In this document: piece after piece, positions 1-9,789 of the stretch
Position numbering within the stretch: the stretch's first letter is position 1
Layout of the letters: every line of letters begins with the position of its first letter
IMG/VR virus record: IMGVR_UViG_2595698755_000001
Span: 96,001-160,000 of that record
Direction: 5' to 3' (one strand)
Length of the DNA: 64,000 nucleotides
Source: a virus
Lineage: Duplodnaviria > Caudoviricetes
Translations under genes and position numbers: made by a program
Notes under the pieces: model-generated
The model's input: only the letters and a program-made list of their open reading frames with translations
The model's database searches: none
What the model was told of the DNA's origin: nothing

Positions 1-1
1 C

Positions 2-487
2 AATAGATTCGTAGGACATTCATCTCGACCATACAGTGTAGGTGAGCACGTTTTATGGTGTCTATACATGGCAAAAGAATTAGGATATTCTACACGATTA
101 CAATTATTAACTCTGATTCATGACTTTGAAGAAGCGTATACAGGAGATTGTCCCACACCATTAAAAGTATTACTTCCAGAGTTTTCTGTAATTGCTAAGA
201 AAGTTGAGAATGCAATCTATGAGCATATTGGAATTGAACCTCCAACAGCAGAAGAGAAATATTTAATTAAGCGCATTGATTTAACAATGTTAGCAATTGA
301 AATGAGAGACTTAACACTTCATGCTTATCATGAATTTGTTGATGAACATACATATACTGACTTCTTAAATAGTCCAAACTTCGACTTAAACAATGTGACT
401 TTTAACATCCCTAGAACGTTGTCGATGAGTGTCAAACACTCTTATCATCAACTAATGCTTGAACTAACACTTGAAGGAGAGAAGTAA
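2..487 (+). CDS. HD-domain phosphohydrolase (YfdR/YfbR-like 5'-deoxynucleotidase), 5'-truncated by window
   Basis: Frame is open from base 2: NRFVGHSSRPYSVGEH...LIHDFEEAYTGD...P, matching the RFxGH-YSVxxH / HD-E-GD motifs. Confidence 0.85.
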   Translation, partial: NRFVGHSSRPYSVGEHVLWCLYMAKELGYSTRLQLLTLIHDFEEAYTGDCPTPLKVLLPEFSVIAKKVENAIYEHIGIEPPTAEEKYLIKRIDLTMLAIEMRDLTLHAYHEFVDEHTYTDFLNSPNFDLNNVTFNIPRTLSMSVKHSYHQLMLELTLEGEK

Positions 488-488
488 T

Positions 489-1193
489 ATGAGAAGAGTA
501 AAAGATTTGATTTTGGGGACAATGAACGCTTCAAAATCAGCACAACTTATGATGCAAGCTTTCAACTTAGAACGTCAAGGCAAGAAAGTATTAGTCTTTA
601 AACCAGAGACAGATACACGTGATGGTGCATTTGTTGCATCCAGAGCATTAGAAGAAAAACGTCCTGCAATTGTTGTACCTAAGAATGATTCTGGAATCTT
701 GATGTCTATGAAAGCATGGCAGGAGAAACCAGATGTAATCATGTTAGATGAGTTACAATTCTTTACAGTTGCACAGGTTGAAAAGTTAGCAGAAATCTCT
801 ACTACATATGATGTTGATATTTATGCTTATGGACTGTTAAACTCTTATACTGGTAAAATGTTTGAACCAACTAAGAGAGCGATTGAGTGCGGATTCCGTA
901 TCGCAACAATTACTATGCAGTGTGATAAGTGTATGAATGATGCAACAAATCACTTATTGTATATGGATGGTGTCCTGCAAGTAGAGGGTACTGGTATTAG
1001 TGTTGAGGACTTTGCCAATAAGAACCAAGAGTATTTATCTGTATGCTATGACTGTTATCAAGGAGCAATTGATGTACATGAGATGAATATGATGGAACAG
1101 AGACTCAAACATGCTGAAATAAAAATCACAGACAGCGCAATCATCAATAGAAAATGTAGCAATGATGACAATGGAGAATCTGCACCATTCTAA
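489..1193 (+). CDS. tdk: Thymidine kinase
   Basis: GTMNASKS P-loop variant, FKPETDTRD, LDELQFF, YGL, and Zn-binding CxxC...CxxC. ATG at 489 follows a GAAGGAG RBS. Confidence 0.88.
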   Translation: MRRVKDLILGTMNASKSAQLMMQAFNLERQGKKVLVFKPETDTRDGAFVASRALEEKRPAIVVPKNDSGILMSMKAWQEKPDVIMLDELQFFTVAQVEKLAEISTTYDVDIYAYGLLNSYTGKMFEPTKRAIECGFRIATITMQCDKCMNDATNHLLYMDGVLQVEGTGISVEDFANKNQEYLSVCYDCYQGAIDVHEMNMMEQRLKHAEIKITDSAIINRKCSNDDNGESAPF

Positions 1194-1221
1194 ATAAAAA
1201 TAAAAAATAATGATATAATAC

Positions 1222-1250
1222 TTGACTTTACCACTTAAACCTGCTATAAT
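1222..1250 (+). promoter_or_regulatory. sigmaA-type promoter
   Basis: TTGACT-N17-TATAAT with extended TG. Confidence 0.75.
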
Positions 1251-1289
1251 ATAAATATAGCAGGTTATTATTTTATGGGAGGGATTTTA

Positions 1290-1859
1290 ATGAGATATGG
1301 AATTGGAGATATTGTGAAAAAGAAAACCAATGCGAACAAGATGGAATATTATATTGTTGTCGATGTGTTTTTTAAGTTTGAAAAAGAAGTAAACAAACAA
1401 AACTCATTCTTTATCAGTGATGATGATACTAAATATACAGCAATCAAAATTTATCCAGTAGAACATGAGGGTGAGGTTTATATCTGTACTTCTGCAACTA
1501 TAGAGACTGTAGCATTCATGCACCAAAAACAGCATGAGGTAATCATGGAAATGATTAATAGAAAGCGTAATGAACGTGGTATGAAGTGGGAATCAGAGTA
1601 TATGAGAGCAATCAAAGCAAAGAAAAAACAAGGATTTATACAAAGCTTTGAGAAAGCAGAAATCAAACCTAAGAAGAAGCGTGGTAGACCTAAAAAGTTA
1701 AAAGATAAGGATGATGTGGTTGAATATCATAAACTTGAGACAGTTGATGACTGTTTGGATGCACTTAACAATCTGTCTGCTTTACATAAAATGTTTGGTG
1801 ATGAAGCATACATACAGCTTAAAGAAGTAGTTACAGATAGATTAAAAGAATTATGCTAG
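1290..1859 (+). CDS. Hypothetical phage protein
   Basis: ORF with GGGAGG RBS before ATG 1290 and a basic KKKRGRPKK patch. Confidence 0.75.
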   Translation: MRYGIGDIVKKKTNANKMEYYIVVDVFFKFEKEVNKQNSFFISDDDTKYTAIKIYPVEHEGEVYICTSATIETVAFMHQKQHEVIMEMINRKRNERGMKWESEYMRAIKAKKKQGFIQSFEKAEIKPKKKRGRPKKLKDKDDVVEYHKLETVDDCLDALNNLSALHKMFGDEAYIQLKEVVTDRLKELC

Positions 1860-1873
1860 GAGATGGTTAATTA

Positions 1874-4800
1874 ATGAGATACGAAAATATACATAAACAT
1901 ACTAAATATTCAAATATCAGTACACCCGATTCAATTATTTCAGTTGAGGACATTGCAAAGAGAGCAGTAGAACTAGGACATAAAACTTTATGTACAGTGG
2001 AACATGGATATGCAGGTAACGTATTTGAGTATTACGATGTAGCGAAAAAATATGGATTGAAATTGGTATTCGGTGTTGAGTTTTATTATGTGCATGACCG
2101 ATTTGCTAAAGACAGAACTAATGCCCATCTATTAATCTTAGCAAAAAACAATGAAGGGAAAAGACAGTTAACAAAGCTGATTTCAGAAGCAAATCAAACT
2201 GGGTATTATTTCAAACCACGTATTGATGAAGCATTATTATTCTCTCTTAATCCAGAGGATGTTGTTGTGACTTCTACATGTATCGCAAGTCCGTACAATC
2301 TTTATAAGGATGAGTGTTTCATTAAGAAGTGTCATGAGTATTTCGGTGACAATTTCTACTTAGAAATTCACGACAACACAAACATTAAACAGGTTGAATA
2401 TAATTTAATGTTATTGAATATGCATAATAAATATGGCATTCCATTTATCTTCGCAACTGATACACATTACATTCATGAAGAAGATGCAAAATGGCGTGAC
2501 CTTCTTTTACGTGGTAAAGGGATTTACTACCCAGAAGAAGATGGATTTATTATGGACTATCCAGAATCAGACAAGGTGTTTGAACGCTTTGAAAAGCAAG
2601 GTGTATTCACTCGTGAACAAGTTGAGAGTGCTTTGCAGAACACTTGGATTGTCGATGACTTTGAAGATATCGAGATGAATAAAGACATCAAGATGCCATC
2701 TATCTACCCAGATTTAAGTCATGAAGAGAAGATGAAAAAGTTAAAGGCAATCATCAATAAAGAGTGGATTGAGGATAGAAAGCATATTCCAAAAGAGAGA
2801 CATCCAGAATACATAGAAGCTATGAAGTTTGAAATGGATATCATCGAAAAGACCTTTACAGAGGACTATTTCCTACTGAACTATCCAATCATTAAACGTG
2901 CAAAAGAGTTAGGTGGAGTATTAACACGTACAGGTCGTGGCTCTGCGCCATCATACTATTTAAACAAGCTTTTAGGATTCACAGAGGTTGACCGACTTGA
3001 TGCACCAGTACGATTATATCCTACACGTTTCATGTCAATATCTCGTATCCTAGAAACAAAATCATTACCAGATATTGACTTTAATACTTCTGACCCAGAA
3101 CCATTCGTAACAGCAACAAAAGAGATTTTAGGGGATGACAATTGTTACTGGATGGTTGCATATGGAACAATGCAGGAATCAGAAGCATTCCGAAACTTGT
3201 GTCGTGCATACGATATACCACAGGATGAATTTAATGAAATTGGTAAAGACTTGGATTCATACAGAAAGCATCCTCGTTGGGGAAGCATCATTGAAGAATC
3301 TAAAATCTTTATCGGTGTAATTGATTCAGTCTCTCCACATCCATGTGCGAACTTGTTACTATCCACACCTATTTCAGAAGAAGTAGGAGTATTACGTGTA
3401 GGTAGTGATGATGAAGACACAGGTAAAAAGAAAGTTACATATTGTGCATTAATTGACTCTGATACATCTGATGCTTGGAAGTACCTTAAAAATGATTATC
3501 TGACTGTTACAGTTTGGAAAATTATTGCAGAAGGATTTAAAGCTGTCGGTCTTCCAATCCCAGATGTACGTGAGTTGAGCCAAATGGTTGAAGACAATGA
3601 AAAGGTTTGGGAGTTGTACGAAAAAGGATTAACTGCTACACTGAACCAAACAGGAACAGATAGCGGTACACCACAGGTTATGCAATATAAGCCTAAGAGT
3701 GTACGTGAGTTAACTGGTTGGGTGTCTGCAATCAGACCGTCATTCGCATCTATGAAAGCGTACTTCTTGAATCGTAGACCTTTCTCATATGAGATTCCAG
3801 AATTTGACAAGTTACTAGAATCAAGTGACAACTTCATTCTGTATCAAGAGAACATCATGGAAGCCTTGGTATATGCAGGATTCCCAGAGGATGAAACGTA
3901 TGGTCTTCTGAAAGCCATTGCCAAGAAGAAGGAAGGTATCATTGAACCTATCCATGACAAATTCATTAATGGATTCATTGAGAAAACAGGAAGTGAAGAG
4001 AATGCATTAAAGGTATGGAAAATCCTTGAAGATGCAGTAGGTTATGGATTCAACTCTTCTCACGCATATTCAGTGGCATTAGATAGTATCTATGGTGCTT
4101 ATCTAAAAGCAGTACATCCACTGGAATATTATGCAACTGTATTGAATATATATCAAAAGAGTACCGAGACAACAGGAAAGATTACAAAAGAATTAGACCA
4201 CTTCGGTATTGAGATTGAGCCAATTAAGTTTGGTAAATCTAGAGGTATATATTCTGCTGACCAAGCAACACAAAAGATTTACAAAGGTATTGCATCCATC
4301 AAGAATCTTAACGGTCAAATAGCAGAAGAGTTTTACGAGATGTCACAAGAACATGAGTTTGATACATTCCTAGACTTACTTCTTCATATCGCAAACACAG
4401 ACAACAAGATAAACAAAACTCACTTAGAGACTCTAATCAAATTAGACTTCTTTGCAGAGTTTGGAAGCAAGGGTAAACTCATGAAAATCTATACAGGATT
4501 TAGAGATGGTAAAGGTATCAAATACGATAAGAAACACGTTGACAAAACGAAAGTAAAACGTATTGAACTTTTACGAGCATTCCAAGAAGAGGTAATGAAT
4601 GCACCAGAAGAGAAGATTGACCTCTTTGAACAGATTGCATTTGAAAAAGATGCACTCGGATATGCTGTCACTACATTCCCAAATGTAGATGAGGATATCA
4701 CCCTTGTAGTAGATGTGAATAAGAAGTACAAACCAAAGATTACATTGTATCAAATTTCAACAGGTAAGGAGTTTACATTCAAAGTTGAGAAGAAGAAATT

Positions 4801-4984
4801 CTACACTGACGATGATGATTTACTCTATGTTGGAGATGTAATCAAAGTATTAGAAGTCGAAGAGAAATACGGATGGAAACAGGAACAAGTAAATGGTAAA
4901 GTGAAATGGGTTAAAGACGAGTCCAAAATCGAGCCACACCTTGAGCAATGTGAACTACTCCGAAAAAGCACGAAACGTAAGTAA
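1874..4984 (+). CDS. dnaE: DNA polymerase III alpha subunit (DnaE-type, with PHP domain)
   Basis: N-terminal PHP (HKH..S..D, EHG, GVE, AHL, TDTHY), GRGSA, PDIDF, HPC, YQE, YGFNSSHAYS. Confidence 0.95.
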   Translation: MRYENIHKHTKYSNISTPDSIISVEDIAKRAVELGHKTLCTVEHGYAGNVFEYYDVAKKYGLKLVFGVEFYYVHDRFAKDRTNAHLLILAKNNEGKRQLTKLISEANQTGYYFKPRIDEALLFSLNPEDVVVTSTCIASPYNLYKDECFIKKCHEYFGDNFYLEIHDNTNIKQVEYNLMLLNMHNKYGIPFIFATDTHYIHEEDAKWRDLLLRGKGIYYPEEDGFIMDYPESDKVFERFEKQGVFTREQVESALQNTWIVDDFEDIEMNKDIKMPSIYPDLSHEEKMKKLKAIINKEWIEDRKHIPKERHPEYIEAMKFEMDIIEKTFTEDYFLLNYPIIKRAKELGGVLTRTGRGSAPSYYLNKLLGFTEVDRLDAPVRLYPTRFMSISRILETKSLPDIDFNTSDPEPFVTATKEILGDDNCYWMVAYGTMQESEAFRNLCRAYDIPQDEFNEIGKDLDSYRKHPRWGSIIEESKIFIGVIDSVSPHPCANLLLSTPISEEVGVLRVGSDDEDTGKKKVTYCALIDSDTSDAWKYLKNDYLTVTVWKIIAEGFKAVGLPIPDVRELSQMVEDNEKVWELYEKGLTATLNQTGTDSGTPQVMQYKPKSVRELTGWVSAIRPSFASMKAYFLNRRPFSYEIPEFDKLLESSDNFILYQENIMEALVYAGFPEDETYGLLKAIAKKKEGIIEPIHDKFINGFIEKTGSEENALKVWKILEDAVGYGFNSSHAYSVALDSIYGAYLKAVHPLEYYATVLNIYQKSTETTGKITKELDHFGIEIEPIKFGKSRGIYSADQATQKIYKGIASIKNLNGQIAEEFYEMSQEHEFDTFLDLLLHIANTDNKINKTHLETLIKLDFFAEFGSKGKLMKIYTGFRDGKGIKYDKKHVDKTKVKRIELLRAFQEEVMNAPEEKIDLFEQIAFEKDALGYAVTTFPNVDEDITLVVDVNKKYKPKITLYQISTGKEFTFKVEKKKFYTDDDDLLYVGDVIKVLEVEEKYGWKQEQVNGKVKWVKDESKIEPHLEQCELLRKSTKRK

Positions 4985-4992
4985 CAGATAAT

Positions 4993-5021
4993 TTGACAGA
5001 AGTAAAGAATTATGATATAAT
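4993..5021 (+). promoter_or_regulatory. sigmaA-type promoter
   Basis: TTGACA-N17-TATAAT with extended TG. Confidence 0.8.
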
Positions 5022-5023
5022 AT

Positions 5024-5052
5024 AAATAGGTAGTTGAAAGACTGCCTATTTT
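5024..5052 (+). terminator. Intrinsic terminator-like hairpin after dnaE
   Basis: AAATAGGTAGT-TGAAAG-ACTGCCTATTTT. Confidence 0.6.
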
Positions 5053-5079
5053 GTTATAGGGAAAAGGAGAGGGACTACA

Positions 5080-5289
5080 TTGAATTACTTCGAGAGAGAA
5101 CTAGAAAAAGCAGGTTACGATGATTGGAAAACACTTGGAGGTAAACCATTCACATTCGTAAAAAAAGACGGTTTAGGTAAATGTCCTAAATGCAGTATAA
5201 TTGTATATGATGATGAGTTATTTGTAGAAGAAGATGGCGATGTGTATCACTACGCTTGCTACAACGAGATGAAATCAGAAGAAGAATAG
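5080..5289 (+). CDS. Small putative zinc-binding protein
   Basis: CPKC...YHYAC pattern, with a strong RBS before TTG. Confidence 0.7.
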   Translation: MNYFERELEKAGYDDWKTLGGKPFTFVKKDGLGKCPKCSIIVYDDELFVEEDGDVYHYACYNEMKSEEE

Positions 5290-5314
5290 GAATCGAAAAA
5301 GATTCCTTTTTCTC

Positions 5315-5343
5315 TTGACAGGAACAAAAGATAATGATATAAT
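5315..5343 (+). promoter_or_regulatory. sigmaA-type promoter
   Basis: TTGACA-N17-TATAAT. The TTG start in the ORF track is this -35 box. Confidence 0.8.
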
Positions 5344-5362
5344 AAAGGAAGAGTTAAGCAAT

Positions 5363-5911
5363 ATGAACAAGCGTTACTTGTATGGATTCGACATTTCACT
5401 TAAAAACACTGGTGTCGCAATCTATGACCTAGACGAACATAAGTTTGTTTATGTCGGAAGTTTTAGTACAGAAAAGATTTATGCAACAAAAGAGTACAAG
5501 GGTTTACACCTTAACGCTCTGAAATTAAAAAAGATTGTGGATTGGATTAAGCCGATAATCCTAAAGCATCCACCAGAGGTTGTAGCTATTGAGAGGATGT
5601 TTAGTCGATTCCCATTGGAGACACAAGCCATCGCCAAAGCGACAGGAGTTATCCAGTGTATGGTTTGGAATAAACCTCAAGAATTATATCCACCAAAGGA
5701 AGTAAAAGCGCACATATGGCATGGAGGGGCTTCTAAAGATGATTTAATGAGAATCATCAAAGATATCTATCCATATCTAGAAATGGCAAACGATGATGAA
5801 TCGGATGCTGTAGCAGTAGCAATTACATATCTGATTAAACATGATTTAATCGACTGGACGAAACCACCTGCTCCAGTTAAGAAACGAAAAACAAAAAAGA
5901 AAGAGGGATGA
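5363..5911 (+). CDS. ruvC: RuvC-like Holliday junction resolvase
   Basis: YGFDISLKNTG, VVAIE, PKEVKAHIWHGGASKDD, DDESDAVAVA motifs. Confidence 0.9.
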   Translation: MNKRYLYGFDISLKNTGVAIYDLDEHKFVYVGSFSTEKIYATKEYKGLHLNALKLKKIVDWIKPIILKHPPEVVAIERMFSRFPLETQAIAKATGVIQCMVWNKPQELYPPKEVKAHIWHGGASKDDLMRIIKDIYPYLEMANDDESDAVAVAITYLIKHDLIDWTKPPAPVKKRKTKKKEG

Positions 5912-5914
5912 TTT

Positions 5915-6448
5915 ATGAATATGTGGGAGAAAATAGTGAAAGTATTTGTAAAGCCACAAAGGGATGATGTACAGGAAACATTAGATTTGCTACATAAGAA
6001 AGACAAAGAAAAAGCAATTGAACCAGAGGAAACAATTGTAACTGTCCCTGCAAGAGTTGCAGGTGTATATAACCTCTATTCAGAGTATACTAAAAAAGAT
6101 TACTTTAGTTATCAACGAATGGAACGTGTCGATTATGAAATCTGGTGTATACATATGAATGTAAAAGCGATGGTTGAAATAACAGTCAATGGGGTTAAAT
6201 CTCGATTCAAAATAGAAGACACTGTAGAACTTATAGAAGGAAAGTATGGAGAAGATAGTCTGTATAAATTCTTTATGAGCCGAACAGACGAAAGAAAAAA
6301 AGAATTAATTGAAGAGGGGTTGAATAAATTGGTAATTAAAACATTCAATGATAATAAACTGAAAGATTACAAAGAGCAATTTCAAAACCTTGGTAAAGTC
6401 GAGTTTGACATCAAGATTGAGGTTAATGAAGAAAAACTACAAAAATAG
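5915..6448 (+). CDS. Hypothetical protein
   Basis: 177-aa ORF coupled to ruvC. Confidence 0.7.
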   Translation: MNMWEKIVKVFVKPQRDDVQETLDLLHKKDKEKAIEPEETIVTVPARVAGVYNLYSEYTKKDYFSYQRMERVDYEIWCIHMNVKAMVEITVNGVKSRFKIEDTVELIEGKYGEDSLYKFFMSRTDERKKELIEEGLNKLVIKTFNDNKLKDYKEQFQNLGKVEFDIKIEVNEEKLQK

Positions 6449-6464
6449 AACTATATCGTAAAAC

Positions 6465-6494
6465 AAAAATAATCCCCTCAATTGAGGGGATTTT
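6465..6494. terminator. Bidirectional intrinsic terminator between convergent blocks
   Basis: AAAAAT-AATCCCCTC-AATT-GAGGGGATT-TT. Confidence 0.8.
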
Positions 6495-6536
6495 GCTATA
6501 TGTGTTTTGCTGTATAAAACTGCACTTTTATAAAGA

Positions 6537-7040
6537 TTATTTACCGTTATACTGGTAATATCCTTTAGTCTTTGTACGTTTGATTTCATTCGTCACTTTC
6601 ATTGCTCTTTGTAAATTGTTATTCTGGAAGTTCTTTAGGCTTGTGATTTGTCCACCTAAACGCTCATTTGTTTTTTTGAATAACTCATTTAAATGCATTG
6701 GTGTTTTGTTTGCTTTTAATACTTCAACAATTGCTTCTGTTACGATTGGTTGTCTAATACCCATATGATTACGAATATTTTGATTGATTGGATATTTCGT
6801 TTTTGGTTTTTCTTCTAACTTCATTTTTTGTTGCTCTACTTTTACTTCTTCATTTAGTGCTGATTTTGCGAATGCAACATATTCACTTAGAGTGACTTCT
6901 GTAATTCCACGTGATTCCATTTCTGTTAGGTTGTTCAATGACTCTCTAAGACCAGAATGTAAATCAATCAATCTAGCTTGTTCATCTAGAATGTTCTTCA
7001 TCTTATTTTGGATATACGCTTTCTCTTGACTAATGTTCAC
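6537..7040 (-). CDS. Rok-like DNA-binding protein (coiled-coil N-terminus, winged-helix C-terminus)
   Basis: C-terminal EAIVEVLKANKTPMHLNELFKKTNERLG...KRTKTKGYYQY resembles the Rok wHTH (recognised by eye). Confidence 0.55.
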   Translation of the reverse strand: MNISQEKAYIQNKMKNILDEQARLIDLHSGLRESLNNLTEMESRGITEVTLSEYVAFAKSALNEEVKVEQQKMKLEEKPKTKYPINQNIRNHMGIRQPIVTEAIVEVLKANKTPMHLNELFKKTNERLGGQITSLKNFQNNNLQRAMKVTNEIKRTKTKGYYQYNGK

Positions 7041-7105
7041 ATTAATCTCTCCTTCAATGTTTATTTATCTTGTAAAATCTCACTCTCACAAGTCTTACAA
7101 TTTTG

Positions 7106-7134
7106 ATTGTATATTAGGAGAGATAGCTTGTCAA
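7106..7134 (-). promoter_or_regulatory. sigmaA-type promoter of Rok-like gene
   Basis: TTGACA-N17-TACAAT on the - strand. Confidence 0.7.
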
Positions 7135-7142
7135 CACAAAAA

Positions 7143-8096
7143 TTAATCTTTTGTACTCCATGTTCCGTCAGAGCCTTGACCATAGATTGTTACACGATGC
7201 AATCCTTCTGTTCCTAATTCTGAATGGTCAATCTCTGCAACAATATTTGTATTTGCTGTTTTTGCACCACCAGAATCAGCTAATAATCCTGTCATATAAT
7301 CCAAACCACCAACCATAACTTTATACGCTTGAACATCTTTATCAAATTTAAATGTTACTAATGTCTTTTCTGCACCCGTCACTCTGCTGATTTTTGTTCG
7401 AGTAGATGAGACAACAGAAGCAATTGGAGCAGAACTTCCCATTCCAATATCAATTCCATTATTATAATTTTGTAATACTTCTGCATCTGACAATGCTTTA
7501 GTATATCCTCTACAAGCATATATTTTACCATTAAAAAATGTATTCTTTGCATTGTAATAATTACATCCAAGATATAAGTTGTAGTTTCTAGTGAATGGAA
7601 GTGTATTTGCATTCTGCGTTGCAACTAATTGACCATTTAAATACATTTTCTTTACTGATGATGTGAATGTAAACACTACATGAAGAATGTTTGTCCCTAA
7701 AGTTGTCTCTGGACTGCTTAATGTTCCACCACCACCACGTTCATAATACATCCCAACTGATTCTCTTCCTGCTTGGAATGCACCAGTAGTGCTCATAGTT
7801 ACCCGTTCTGTCGTTCCATACCACTTTGTAATATGTGTTAATTGGTCTGGTAACCCACCAGTTCTTTGAATCACACAATCAAGTGTAAAAGCGCTTGTAG
7901 GGCTTCCTAATGTGAATCCTGTAAAATCTATAGAACTGCTTGTACCATTGAATGTAGGAACGCTATTTGTAAAAGTGATATTGTTCATTACTCCAGTCAA
8001 TACTGCCCCAGATGGAGCAATATTTTCCCATCCACTTGCAGAACACTTACTTTGATAATTCCAATAATACTTTAATCCATCTGTTACTACTGCCAT
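7143..8096 (-). CDS. LamG/ConA-like domain protein, probably virion-associated
   Basis: HVVFTF...KMYLNGQLVA...LYLG...FFNGKIY..RGYTKALSDAEVLQNY LamG signature. Confidence 0.8.
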   Translation of the reverse strand: MAVVTDGLKYYWNYQSKCSASGWENIAPSGAVLTGVMNNITFTNSVPTFNGTSSSIDFTGFTLGSPTSAFTLDCVIQRTGGLPDQLTHITKWYGTTERVTMSTTGAFQAGRESVGMYYERGGGGTLSSPETTLGTNILHVVFTFTSSVKKMYLNGQLVATQNANTLPFTRNYNLYLGCNYYNAKNTFFNGKIYACRGYTKALSDAEVLQNYNNGIDIGMGSSAPIASVVSSTRTKISRVTGAEKTLVTFKFDKDVQAYKVMVGGLDYMTGLLADSGGAKTANTNIVAEIDHSELGTEGLHRVTIYGQGSDGTWSTKD

Positions 8097-8108
8097 AATC
8101 TACACTCC

Positions 8109-8402
8109 TTAAATGAATCTTGTCATGAATGAACCTCTTCGAAGAGATGGTGTTCCATCAATCTCTCCATACCATTCATAATAAAGTTTCTGTTCTTTCT
8201 TCGGTGTCGTGTAATCATAAAAGTATTCTCCAACAGCTTTCTTGTTTGTTGATGTTAAAACTTCTGTTTTTACTTCTCTATATTTTTGGTCATAAATAAC
8301 TACCTTGATTAGTTGTGGGTCAACTTTTTCGCCCTCGAAATTATAGAACACACATTCGAATCTTACTGTATCACCATACTGATATATATTCATTTTATTC
8401 AC
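8109..8402 (-). CDS. Hypothetical protein (BppU/Ig-like)
   Basis: YQYGDTVRFECVF; beta-rich. Confidence 0.65.
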   Translation of the reverse strand: MNKMNIYQYGDTVRFECVFYNFEGEKVDPQLIKVVIYDQKYREVKTEVLTSTNKKAVGEYFYDYTTPKKEQKLYYEWYGEIDGTPSLRRGSFMTRFI

Positions 8403-8854
8403 TCCTTAATTTGACTCTTACCATCTCTGACAGTAAGTTGTCTATCCTTGTCGATTGTTTCTGCTTTCCGTTCAATATCTTTGTTCTGTATATTTGACTT
8501 TTTGGAATCAGATATAACTGGGTTTAATATAGTTAATGATTCTCTAATCGTAATAGTTTTTTCATACAATTCAGAAACATTATCAACCGTATCCTTAACA
8601 CGAACAAATAGTCTTGCTAATCCTAAAGGGAATCCATTGAAGTCTAAAATACCTGTCAATTGATTTCCATCTCTTCTGAAAGTATAATCGTGTCTTGTAC
8701 CACTCTCATCAATTACATAAATTTCATTTGGTGTCCCTATCATCTCATCTGCTTCAATTGTAACTTCAACGCTTGCTTCTCTCACTGTATATGCAGGTGC
8801 ATAGATTTCAATAGTCGGTGCTGTTGTATCTAATTCTACAATGATATAATTCAT
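8399..8854 (-). CDS. Ig-like domain protein
   Basis: LDTTAPTI...VKDTVDN Ig-like motif. Confidence 0.65.
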   Translation of the reverse strand: MNYIIVELDTTAPTIEIYAPAYTVREASVEVTIEADEMIGTPNEIYVIDESGTRHDYTFRRDGNQLTGILDFNGFPLGLARLFVRVKDTVDNVSELYEKTITIRESLTILNPVISDSKKSNIQNKDIERKAETIDKDRQLTVRDGKSQIKE

Positions 8855-8904
8855 TTTAATCCCCCTTTAATCTAAAAAGAGAGGTTGCGACTGCAACCCC
8901 TAAA

Positions 8905-9579
8905 TTATACAGACCATGTTCCTGCACTATTTTTTATGAATACTTTGATAATTTTATTTCCATCACCGCTAGATGCAAGTTCTAAGTCTTGTCCAGTAAT
9001 TGTTACAGTGATTGGATTTGTGTATCCTCCTGTATTACCTGCAATGTTTGAACTTCCATTTATAGTACCGATAGTAACTCCAGAACTTTCAACTGCTCCT
9101 GTAGAAGTAACAACCTTAACTTTGTATTCTTCAAATTGCTCTGGTGAAGAGAATGTGAATGAAACAACGTTCTTTTGCTCTTTCTTAGAGATTTTGTATT
9201 TGTCTGGTGCTCCAACATTAACTGTAGGAATAGCAGTATTTAAGCTGATATTATCTTGTGCAACGCTAGATTCATTGTATACATCATCTCTGATTCTAAC
9301 TGATACTTGTTTATTTCCATCACCACTAGAAAGCTGAATTTGCTTTGAATCAGTGTATGAAATCCAAGTAGACGTAGCTTCTGTTGTTTGGATGTTTGTA
9401 TCATATGCAGGGTCTACTGTACCCCAAATTTTCATTTGGTAGCCTGTTGTATCCTCATCTGTAGTTCCTATAGCAATCGAAACTACTTGACTATTAGAAT
9501 ATGTAGCACCTCCATTGATGTTGACATATGGATTACTTGGCGCTGTTGTATCTAATATAATATTAATAAAATTTGCCAT
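8905..9579 (-). CDS. Ig-like domain virion structural protein
   Basis: LDTTAP, GDGNKQVSVRIRD, GDGNKIIKVFIKNSAGTWS. Confidence 0.7.
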   Translation of the reverse strand: MANFINIILDTTAPSNPYVNINGGATYSNSQVVSIAIGTTDEDTTGYQMKIWGTVDPAYDTNIQTTEATSTWISYTDSKQIQLSSGDGNKQVSVRIRDDVYNESSVAQDNISLNTAIPTVNVGAPDKYKISKKEQKNVVSFTFSSPEQFEEYKVKVVTSTGAVESSGVTIGTINGSSNIAGNTGGYTNPITVTITGQDLELASSGDGNKIIKVFIKNSAGTWSV

Positions 9580-9592
9580 TAAATTTCACCTC

Positions 9593-9781
9593 TTAATCTC
9601 GTTCTGAGATTCTATTTCTTACTGGACTGCAATACTTCATGTCTACAACCATTTGTCCGTTATCATCTAAAAGCAATAACAATTTCTTGGAAGAATCATA
9701 GATTTTAAGAACCTTTCCCATATAAGTAATACCGCCTTGATTAACTAGTACATATTGACCAACTGTGTACATGAACATCAT
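9593..9781 (-). CDS. Small hypothetical protein (SH3/KOW-like barrel)
   Basis: 62-aa ORF with RBS, in operon. Confidence 0.6.
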   Translation of the reverse strand: MMFMYTVGQYVLVNQGGITYMGKVLKIYDSSKKLLLLLDDNGQMVVDMKYCSPVRNRISERD

Positions 9782-9789
9782 TCCTTCTA

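Noticed and set aside
2-487. DatZ / 2-aminoadenine (Z-genome) pathway
   Set aside because: An HD hydrolase alone is insufficient; no PurZ or family-A DpoZ is present in the window.
1874-4984. Intein or intron in dnaE (also checked terL)
   Set aside because: The ORFs are continuous and compact, with no splice-junction or homing-endonuclease motifs.
6491-6520. TTTGCTATATGTGTTTTGCTGTAT resembling a seventh ACAGC element
   Set aside because: There is no convincing complementary 7-bp stem, and it directly follows an ordinary terminator.
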